A DNA stretch of 64,000 nucleotides, taken from assembly GCA_963715865.1 (NCBI GenBank), contig OY970280.1, forward strand, positions 2,144,001 to 2,208,000, given 5' to 3'. The notes beneath the pieces are model-generated. The model saw only the letters and a program-made list of their open reading frames with translations, did no database searches and was not told the origin of the DNA. This DNA comes from Candidatus Bathyarchaeota archaeon. GTDB lineage: Archaea > Thermoproteota > Bathyarchaeia > Bathyarchaeales > Bathycorpusculaceae. The translations under genes were made by a program, and so were the position numbers. Below are positions 56,947 to 64,000 of this stretch, piece after piece. Numbering within the stretch: the stretch's first letter is position 1; the number at the start of each line of letters is the position of its first letter.

Positions 56947-57611
56947 ATTTAGAGCTGTTTCTCTCGAAAATTGCTCCTCAGCCTTCTCCTCAGGCGCATC
57001 TTGAACAGTACACTATTTCCGAGTCGATTGCATCAACCATGCTGTACATTGCTGCCTATGCAAATAACGATATTATTGGCAAAACCGTGCTGGATTTAGG
57101 GTGTGGAACAGGGAGGCTTGCTTTAGGCGCCTCTTATCTTGGCGCTAAGAGCGTTGTTGGAGTTGACGTTGATAAGTTAGCCATTAAAACTGCCGTTGAA
57201 AATTCATTCAAAACTAGTTTAGCTGAAAATGTTCAATGGATTATTGGCGACATCAGCGCTATCGTTGGCAGATTCGATACTGTTTTGCAAAATCCGCCTT
57301 TTGGGGTGCAAACACCTGAGGCTGACAGAGCGTTTTTAGCAAAGGCTTTAGAAGTGGGCAATTCAGTTTATTCTCTTCATAATCATCCGCAAACCGATAA
57401 GCAATTAATCAAGCAGCTTAAAGCAAGCAGCGGGTTTTTGCAGATTTCTCCTTCTCCCTTTTTAGAAAGGTTTGTCGCACAACATAATGGCGTTGTTAAA
57501 GCAGTTTATGCTATGCTTATGACTATTCCGCGTATGTTTGATTTTCACACAAAACTCAAGCATGATTTTGTTGTCGACTTATATGTTATCGAAAGGATGA
57601 GCAATAAATAA
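56907..57611 (+). CDS. METTL5-family methyltransferase
   Basis: LEQY, DLGCGTG, QNPPFG and ADRAFL. Confidence 0.9.
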   Translation: MGEYAQKRIIRKLDLELFLSKIAPQPSPQAHLEQYTISESIASTMLYIAAYANNDIIGKTVLDLGCGTGRLALGASYLGAKSVVGVDVDKLAIKTAVENSFKTSLAENVQWIIGDISAIVGRFDTVLQNPPFGVQTPEADRAFLAKALEVGNSVYSLHNHPQTDKQLIKQLKASSGFLQISPSPFLERFVAQHNGVVKAVYAMLMTIPRMFDFHTKLKHDFVVDLYVIERMSNK

Positions 57612-57743
57612 AATTTTTTAGCCGTTGCGATTAGGAATTAATTTTGTATATTAATCAAAAGGTTTATTGATAAGAATGGAAACTTAGCATATGCATTTAT
57701 CAAACGTGCCTGTTTAACTTATTTAAAGATAAAGGGAACTATC

Positions 57744-58325
57744 ATGAGTCTAAAACCACCTGAACAAAAAAGCGGCCATTTAGTGTTGCCTGGAGAACGC
57801 TTAGGTGTAATTGAAGAGTTCATTCCAGACTCTGGAACATACGTTAAAGATGGCGTCATCTACTCCAAGATTGTTGGTCGTGCATTACTAGATTTGCTTA
57901 ACAAGCGTGTTTCTGTTTACCCATTAATTAACGGTGCAGTCGTCCCGAAAGTTTCAACTACGGTTGTGGGGCAAGTTGGTAACGCGCAGTCTGATAATGT
58001 TTTGGTGAGAATCTTTAAGATAGGGAACAAAAAGCTCTCAGGCAACTTTGGCGGTATCTTGCATATTTCTGATGTTTCTGACAGGTACATTAATTCAATG
58101 AATGAAGTATGCAAGCCTGGCGACATCATCAGAGCTAAAGTAATTAGTGAAAAAAACCGCATTTACCACTTATCGACCAACGATAAGGGCTTAGGTGTTT
58201 TGTATGCTTCCTGCTCTAGATGCGGCAATTTGCTGGAACCACAGCGGTATGAATTGCAGTGTCCAAAGTGCGGTAATGTTGAACAACGTAAAATCGCTTC
58301 CGATTATGGAAAAGAAGAGATATAG
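57744..58325 (+). CDS. csl4: Exosome subunit Csl4
   Basis: VLPGERLG, S1 domain KPGDIIRAKV, LGVLYASCSRCG...CPKCG...RKIA. Confidence 0.94.
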   Translation: MSLKPPEQKSGHLVLPGERLGVIEEFIPDSGTYVKDGVIYSKIVGRALLDLLNKRVSVYPLINGAVVPKVSTTVVGQVGNAQSDNVLVRIFKIGNKKLSGNFGGILHISDVSDRYINSMNEVCKPGDIIRAKVISEKNRIYHLSTNDKGLGVLYASCSRCGNLLEPQRYELQCPKCGNVEQRKIASDYGKEEI

Positions 58326-58344
58326 CGAAAAAGAGGCGAAAGGT

Positions 58345-58626
58345 TTGAAAATTAAAGTGTTAAAAAAATCAGGGAACGAGCTTAAAATAGAAATTGAAGG
58401 CACCACTCATGGCCTTTGCAACTTGTTGCAGAAGAGGCTTTTAGAGGATAAAAATGTGGATTTTGCAGGCTACGATATACCGCATCCTTTGGCGTCAAAC
58501 CCCCTTATTTACGTTAGAATGAAAGGAAATGCAAAGCCTGAAGATGCATTGATTAAAGCTATCTCGAAAGTTCGAGAAGTGAATGAAGTTTTCAGCAAAG
58601 AGTTAGAGCGTGTTATGAAAGCTTAA
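58345..58626 (+). CDS. rpo11: RNA polymerase subunit Rpo11 (L)
   Basis: EGTTHGLCNLL and FAGYDIPHPL; probable TTG start at 58345. Confidence 0.93.
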   Translation: MKIKVLKKSGNELKIEIEGTTHGLCNLLQKRLLEDKNVDFAGYDIPHPLASNPLIYVRMKGNAKPEDALIKAISKVREVNEVFSKELERVMKA

Positions 58627-58742
58627 TTCTCTTTTCCGTTTATGTTTAGCTTTTTCAATTAATATCAAATTAGATTCAAGAAGTTGGCTTGAGGTTTAAT
58701 TTAAAAGCTGAAACATGCCTTATAACTTTTCAGGGAAAGATT

Positions 58743-59321
58743 TTGGAAGTTAAAGACTTTCGAGTGATAAAATCTGAAATCCGCGTGCTCGGCGTAGATG
58801 ACGGCAAATTTGTTCCGCATACGGAAGGTATTGTGATAGTTGTTGGCGTTGTTTTCAGAGGCGGCTGCTGGCTTGATGGAGTAATGCATACTAGCATTGC
58901 AATCGATGGTTTTGATGCTACTGAACGGATAGCTTCAATGATTAACGGTTCACCTCACTGCAAACAGTTGCGTTTGGTAATGTTAAACGGGGTAACGTTT
59001 GCTGGTTTTAACGTGGTTGACATCAAAAGGCTCAATTTGGCAACGAAACTTCCAGTTATTGCATTAACGCGTGATAAGCCTGATTTAGACGCGGTTCGCA
59101 GGGCGCTTAATAATTTGCCTAAAAGTGAGGAGCGTTGGAAAATGGTTCTTGAGGCTGGAAAAATCCACGAAGTACGCTGTAGGGGTAAGGCGATTTACAT
59201 GGAGTTAGCTGGAATTTCTGAGGCTGATGCTCGAGAAGTTGTTGAGTTGACTTCAACAAGGAGCAGTTTTCCTGAGCCTTTGCGGGTTGCTCATCTCATT
59301 GCTTCTGGAATCAGTCCATGA
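58743..59321 (+). CDS. DUF99 family (endonuclease V-like) protein
   Basis: RVLGVDDG, DGFDAT, MLNGVTFAGFNVVD and PEPLRVAHLIA; exact start uncertain (58743 or 58764). Confidence 0.9.
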   Translation: MEVKDFRVIKSEIRVLGVDDGKFVPHTEGIVIVVGVVFRGGCWLDGVMHTSIAIDGFDATERIASMINGSPHCKQLRLVMLNGVTFAGFNVVDIKRLNLATKLPVIALTRDKPDLDAVRRALNNLPKSEERWKMVLEAGKIHEVRCRGKAIYMELAGISEADAREVVELTSTRSSFPEPLRVAHLIASGISP

Positions 59322-59394
59322 TTTAGCCCAAGTTGGAAAAGGTTTAAAAGATACCATGCTAAGGGAATCAAAAACGGATAGTGAGTAACGGAAT

Positions 59395-59751
59395 ATGGAA
59401 TTCTGCCCTAGGTGTGGTTCGCGTCTTGAGCCAAAGAAATCTAAGAGTGGTAAAGAGGCTTCTTTAGTTCTTGCGTGCCCGAAATGTGGGTATAAAAAGC
59501 CGGAAGCTGACGAAAAAGTTGAGCCGAAAGTGGCGCCGAAAGTTATTCAGCATAGTCCTCAACAGTTTGTTGCCGTCATTGGGAAAGAGGAACAGAAATT
59601 GAGCACGTTACCAACTGTGCGGATTGAATGTCCTAGATGTGGAAACAACACGGCTTATGTATGGCAGGTGCAAACACGCGGAGCGGATGAATCTTCAACC
59701 CAGTTTCTCCGCTGCACTAAGTGCAATTACACGTTTAGAGAATACAGCTAA
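59395..59751 (+). CDS. tfs: Transcription factor S
   Basis: FCPRCG, CPRCGN and QTRGADES. Confidence 0.95.
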   Translation: MEFCPRCGSRLEPKKSKSGKEASLVLACPKCGYKKPEADEKVEPKVAPKVIQHSPQQFVAVIGKEEQKLSTLPTVRIECPRCGNNTAYVWQVQTRGADESSTQFLRCTKCNYTFREYS

Positions 59752-60000
59752 AATCCTGTTTTTTTATTGTAATTCTTTGTTTAACTCTCGTTTATTTTGG
59801 CAATAACCCATCCATTTTATTGTATTTAGTGAAGTGCGTGCCGTCCGATTCTAAAATTTATGCGCCCTTAATTTCAATATATCTATCCTACCAAGCGCAT
59901 GTTTTTTGGTTTGGCTAGAACAATTTATTTATTAGCTCAATGTGTAATCATAAGCTATATAACTTTACAGTAATATGCATTAGCGAGGAAGAAGAATAGC

Positions 60001-60756
60001 ATGTTTAAGCTTAAAGTGTCTGACGCTAAACTCTTAAGAGATATGGCTACAGCCATCTCAATCCTAGTAGACGAAGCAACCTTCAAAATTGACCCTGACG
60101 GCTTAAAACTACGCGCCATGGACCCCTCACGGGTTGCCATGATTGATTTCGAATGGCCAAAAACTATCTTTCAAGAATACGTGTCCACAGAGCCATCGAA
60201 AATGTGCATAAACATAAGCGAACTACTAAAACTCCTCAAACGCGTAGGAAGAGACGAGGCAGTCGAGTTATCTCTCGATGACAAAACTGGACGATTACTA
60301 GTAACAATAACTGGAAAATACAGCAGAAACTTCACAATGCCAACCCTTGAAGCCTCAGAAGAAGAAGTACCCACTCCAAAAATAACCTTCAACGTAAAAG
60401 CTAAAACCACAACTCAAGGCTTAAGCGAAGCAATCGAAGACGCTCAACTAGTAAGCGACCATGTGCGAATAGAAGCTGAACCAGAAAAACTAACCCTAAG
60501 CGCTTCAGGCGACTTAATGGGCGCCACCATAACTCTCCAGAAAGGTAGTGATGCGTTGCTTGATTTGGAAGTAAAGGAAAATGCAAAAGCAACATTTAGC
60601 CTAAGCTACCTATCTGAAATCATAAAAGCTGCGTCAGCCACATCAGACATCGCCACGCTTGAATTCTCCACCGACATGCCTGTGAGAATAGACTTCCAAC
60701 AAACAAAAGAGGGAAAACTAACCTTCTTCTTGGCACCAAGAATCGAAACAGAATAA
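60001..60756 (+). CDS. pcn: PCNA sliding clamp
   Basis: RAMDPSRVAMID, FSTDMP and FLAPRIE. Confidence 0.97.
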   Translation: MFKLKVSDAKLLRDMATAISILVDEATFKIDPDGLKLRAMDPSRVAMIDFEWPKTIFQEYVSTEPSKMCINISELLKLLKRVGRDEAVELSLDDKTGRLLVTITGKYSRNFTMPTLEASEEEVPTPKITFNVKAKTTTQGLSEAIEDAQLVSDHVRIEAEPEKLTLSASGDLMGATITLQKGSDALLDLEVKENAKATFSLSYLSEIIKAASATSDIATLEFSTDMPVRIDFQQTKEGKLTFFLAPRIETE

Positions 60757-60757
60757 C

Positions 60758-61804
60758 GTGACTAAATTGCAAATCGAATCGGCGGGATTCACAAAAAACG
60801 ATTTAGCAAAATATCCCTTTTTAAAAGAAACCGCCGAATACATCAAACCCTTAGACATACAAATAAATGATTTAACAAGCATGGGCATGGACCAGATTCT
60901 GAAACGTGCCGAAGAACGGGTTAACGAAGCAATAGTAAACAGAAGCGTCAGTAGAAACGTGAAAAAAATAGACCTTGAAATACTCTCCTTTCCCGTCGCG
61001 ATCCTACTTGTAATTGCTACTGAAAACTCTTTTATTAAAAAGAGATATGCGTTGGCAGAGGCAAAGCAAGCATCCAGCGATTTAGTTAATGAACCTAAAG
61101 AAAAAATCCTCAAAATAGCCCACGATTTTGATTGGAAAATAAAACTCACGCCCAAGGAAAACTGCGACTCGCCTTTAGAGTTTACCATTAACTTCACGGA
61201 TTACTTAAGAAACACAGCTCATTTACATGACAAAAAATGGAAACTAACAAACAGCATTCTGTCTAATGGCAATATTTACTTAAACAAAAAAGACGTAGCA
61301 AGATTACTGGAAGAAGAAATTCGCAGGCGCATAGAAAAAAGACTAGAAGCGAAGCTCCCAAAGTATCCGCCTGAATTAACTGTCATAGCTGAAAGAGTGA
61401 AAAAACTGGCAGCTGAAAGAATTGGGCAGACAGAGACAGAGGAGCTTCCAAAAGTCGTTGTTCAAGCCGCTTTTCCACCGTGCATAAACGCACTTTATGA
61501 AGCAGCATCTTCAAGCCATCATCTTTCGCATATTGAACGGTTTACTTTGACCTCTTTTCTTGTTAACATTGGAATGTCACCAGAAAGTGTGAATGAATTG
61601 TTCAAAACCTTCTCAGATTACAATGAAAGGTTAACTCGCTATCAAATCGAGCATATTGCAGGAGAAAGAGGTTCCGGAACACGCTATACTCCTCCTCAAT
61701 GCTCCGTCTTGCAAACGCATGGTGTATGCAAAAACAGAGATGATTTATGCCGCCGAATTTATCATCCTCTTGCCTATTATAAACGGAAACAAAAGCTTGG
61801 TTAA
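60758..61804 (+). CDS. priL: DNA primase large subunit
   Basis: KYPF, FPPCI, HIERF, YQIEHIAG and YTPPQC...C...C Fe-S motif. Confidence 0.94.
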   Translation: MTKLQIESAGFTKNDLAKYPFLKETAEYIKPLDIQINDLTSMGMDQILKRAEERVNEAIVNRSVSRNVKKIDLEILSFPVAILLVIATENSFIKKRYALAEAKQASSDLVNEPKEKILKIAHDFDWKIKLTPKENCDSPLEFTINFTDYLRNTAHLHDKKWKLTNSILSNGNIYLNKKDVARLLEEEIRRRIEKRLEAKLPKYPPELTVIAERVKKLAAERIGQTETEELPKVVVQAAFPPCINALYEAASSSHHLSHIERFTLTSFLVNIGMSPESVNELFKTFSDYNERLTRYQIEHIAGERGSGTRYTPPQCSVLQTHGVCKNRDDLCRRIYHPLAYYKRKQKLG

Positions 61805-61903
61805 AATCAGGCTGATTCATTAGCTAAGATTTATTAGTTTACTGCTATAGAATGAGTTAGAACGAGTTAGAGTCCTATGTATTATCAATTAATTGGCAAT
61901 AGC

Positions 61904-62620
61904 ATGGTCGGCTCCGAAATTGGGATAATTCTTCCCACCTATCGAGAAGCCGAAAACATCTCCAAATTAATTGATGACATTGAGAATCTAAAATTAAACA
62001 GTTCAATACTCGTTATCGATGATTCAAGCCCAGATAAAACCGCGAAAATCGTGCAAGAAAAACAGAACAAATACAGTAATATTCTTCTGTATGTTAGACC
62101 TAAAAAAAGCGGTTTAGGCTCAGCCATAACCGACGGCTTTAAATTTTTTTTATCCTCGAAACAAACACCAAAATACATTGTTACAATGGATGCTGACTAC
62201 TCGCATGACCCTAAAGCTATCCCACAACTCCTATCAAGCATGTATGAGGCTGATTGCGGAATAGTAATCGGTAGCAGATACTGTAGAGGAGGCAACATAG
62301 TGGGTTGGCCTTTCACTAGAAAAATAATCAGTCGAATTGCTAACTTTATAGCCAAGTTTTCCCTTGGCTTAAAACTTCACGACTGCACCAGTGGCTTTCG
62401 CTGCTACTCCACAAAGTTTCTAAGAGTAACCGTTGGCAACTTGCATAGTCAGACTTATGAAATCCAAATAGAAACCATAAGGCAAGCCGTTCTGAGGAAT
62501 TTCAACGTAAAAGAAACCCCTATTTTATTTGTTAACCGAAAACGCGGAAAATCCAAACTTACTTGGACTGAAATCCAAAGCTACATAACTTACACTTTAA
62601 AGGCAATCTCACGTCCATAA
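61904..62620 (+). CDS. GT2 polyprenol-phosphate mannose synthase-like glycosyltransferase
   Basis: PTYREAENI, IDDSSPD, MDADYSHDP, GSRY and DCTSGFR. Confidence 0.92.
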   Translation: MVGSEIGIILPTYREAENISKLIDDIENLKLNSSILVIDDSSPDKTAKIVQEKQNKYSNILLYVRPKKSGLGSAITDGFKFFLSSKQTPKYIVTMDADYSHDPKAIPQLLSSMYEADCGIVIGSRYCRGGNIVGWPFTRKIISRIANFIAKFSLGLKLHDCTSGFRCYSTKFLRVTVGNLHSQTYEIQIETIRQAVLRNFNVKETPILFVNRKRGKSKLTWTEIQSYITYTLKAISRP

Positions 62621-62691
62621 GGCTTGGTTAGCCAACACTTATTTTTAGTTATAACAGAATTAAATACTTCTTGGTTGCTATTTTCGATTAA

Positions 62692-64000
62692 ATGAAGGCG
62701 CACTTGGTGAAACGCCTTGGCACAGCTAAAACGCTTCTTTTTGCAACTATTCTACTTTTAGTGCTAAGCATAGTCCTCGCCGTCGTTAGCTTATTTCCAA
62801 TAAATACAGGCGGTAACCAATCATATGTTTTGATTAACGACACTTTCCAATTAAGTCCAAACGAAATATACAGGCAAGGTTTAGGATCCTTTCATGGCGG
62901 AGAAAACATTTCGCTTTTAGTTCAGTGCCCAACAGCTTTCCAAAAAAATTTTTCAATAATAACTTATAATGGCTTGCGCTATTCTAATTTTTCACAATTA
63001 GACATTGCCTACTCGTTTACTGCAGGCGCTGACTATTACGAAGCAGTTTTTTTCTCCGAATCACCTAACGCCGGTATGGTTCATTTTCAAGTATCTGTTC
63101 AAGAACCGAAAGCCGTCTTTCCATACTCGTGGCTTACAGAAATCTCAAAAATCATGTTCCTTCTCAGTTTAGGCCTAGTAATACTTGTAATGTTAAAAAT
63201 AGTATTCTCCAACTTCTCCAACTTTAAATCGAATACGTTTAGCCTGCCGTCTCTTAGCGAGAAAAACGGCCGATACCTCTTGGTCTTACTTTTGTTATCA
63301 CTTGTGTTTTGGCTTTTACTTCTTGCGGTAAACGCGAATCCACTTGCAACGTTCGAAAATTGGTACACCGACCATGCTAGAGACTCTTATGTTTCCAGCT
63401 TGTTTCTTAAAAATGGTTTTTCAGTTTTTGATGAACCCTTAGGCAAACTAGCAAGCCTTGACAATTCATACTACAAATTCGTAACATGGCCCGAAATGCC
63501 TCACCTGTACCCGTTAGGCAGCATTTTCTTGTTCTTACCTTTTGGTGTTCTTCTCCAAAACGGTTTTGACGCGATTTTGGTCTACAGAATTGAGATAGCC
63601 ATTTTTCTAGTCTTTGCTCATATCTGCCTATATTTTTTCCTCAAAAATTTCTTAAAAAAAGACTTGGTTTGGCTATTGAAAGCTTTGGGAGTTTATATTA
63701 TTTATGTTACTTTAGTGATTTACGCTGCTGACGGCATGTTTGATTCAGTTGCTTTCCTGTTTTCTTTGTTAGCTTTATCCATGTTTATGACGGAGCGTTA
63801 TGATTACTTCTTTTTGCTTGTTGCTGTTTCTGTATTTTTTAAGTATCAAGCAGGCATTTTCCTGTTGCCTCTAATTATTGTTGGTTTAATGAAGCTTTTT
63901 GAGAAAAACAAGTTAAGCAATTTACTAAGGAATAAGGCTGTAGTTGCCGGTGCCGCTTTAGGATTTGTTAGCGTGTTCACTGCCACGTTAAGCGCGCCTT
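62692..64000 (+). CDS. Polytopic membrane protein, GT-C (GT87/PMT-like) glycosyltransferase candidate; runs off the window and is absent from the ORF track
   Basis: Open frame from ATG 62692; N-terminal TM, extracellular domain, then multiple TMs with WYTDH, HLYPLG, DGMFD and FKYQ motifs. Confidence 0.75.
   Translation, partial: MKAHLVKRLGTAKTLLFATILLLVLSIVLAVVSLFPINTGGNQSYVLINDTFQLSPNEIYRQGLGSFHGGENISLLVQCPTAFQKNFSIITYNGLRYSNFSQLDIAYSFTAGADYYEAVFFSESPNAGMVHFQVSVQEPKAVFPYSWLTEISKIMFLLSLGLVILVMLKIVFSNFSNFKSNTFSLPSLSEKNGRYLLVLLLLSLVFWLLLLAVNANPLATFENWYTDHARDSYVSSLFLKNGFSVFDEPLGKLASLDNSYYKFVTWPEMPHLYPLGSIFLFLPFGVLLQNGFDAILVYRIEIAIFLVFAHICLYFFLKNFLKKDLVWLLKALGVYIIYVTLVIYAADGMFDSVAFLFSLLALSMFMTERYDYFFLLVAVSVFFKYQAGIFLLPLIIVGLMKLFEKNKLSNLLRNKAVVAGAALGFVSVFTATLSAP

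Noticed and set aside
1-64000. tRNA or rRNA genes
   Set aside because: No GC-rich cloverleaf with a GTTCGA/GTTCAA T-loop context and no long non-coding GC-rich stretch was recognised in any intergenic gap.

Overview
Archaeal chromosomal window, most likely Bathyarchaeia. This is inferred from PolD (DP1 and DP2) occurring together with TACK-type Elf1, a tungsten AOR-family enzyme and the conserved gene blocks. It is mostly core genes: DP1/DP2, cdc6, srp54-pus10-rpl21e-rpo4-DUF655-ksgA-hemK, dph2-METTL5-csl4-rpo11-DUF99-tfs-pcna-priL, ahcY, ppsA, nadE/nadK and GGGP synthase. The cdc6-adjacent replication origin is visible, with three ORB boxes. Top candidate for an undescribed system (24.1-29.5 kb): directly beside oriC lie three HTH-type proteins, one of them membrane-anchored via a long coiled coil, plus a stand-alone divergent NurA-HerA pair. 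These are interleaved with dense non-coding arrays of TTCAC and RTCAC boxes that share a TCAC-N6-GTGA palindrome. The layout suggests an origin-tethering/segregation module (hypothesis). Second highlight: a ~2.1 kb AT-rich island bounded by a 30-bp direct repeat (a duplicated promoter). It carries a P-loop + cytidine-deaminase fusion resembling the anti-phage dCTP deaminase AvcD, with an 85-nt nested hairpin upstream (AvcI-like antitoxin candidate). Also found outside the ORF track: a C/D box guide sRNA, secG, a GT-C membrane protein, a 35-aa ORF, and two genes lacking a canonical start codon. No tRNA, rRNA, CRISPR array or IS element was recognised. All assignments come from reading motifs by eye; no database search was run.
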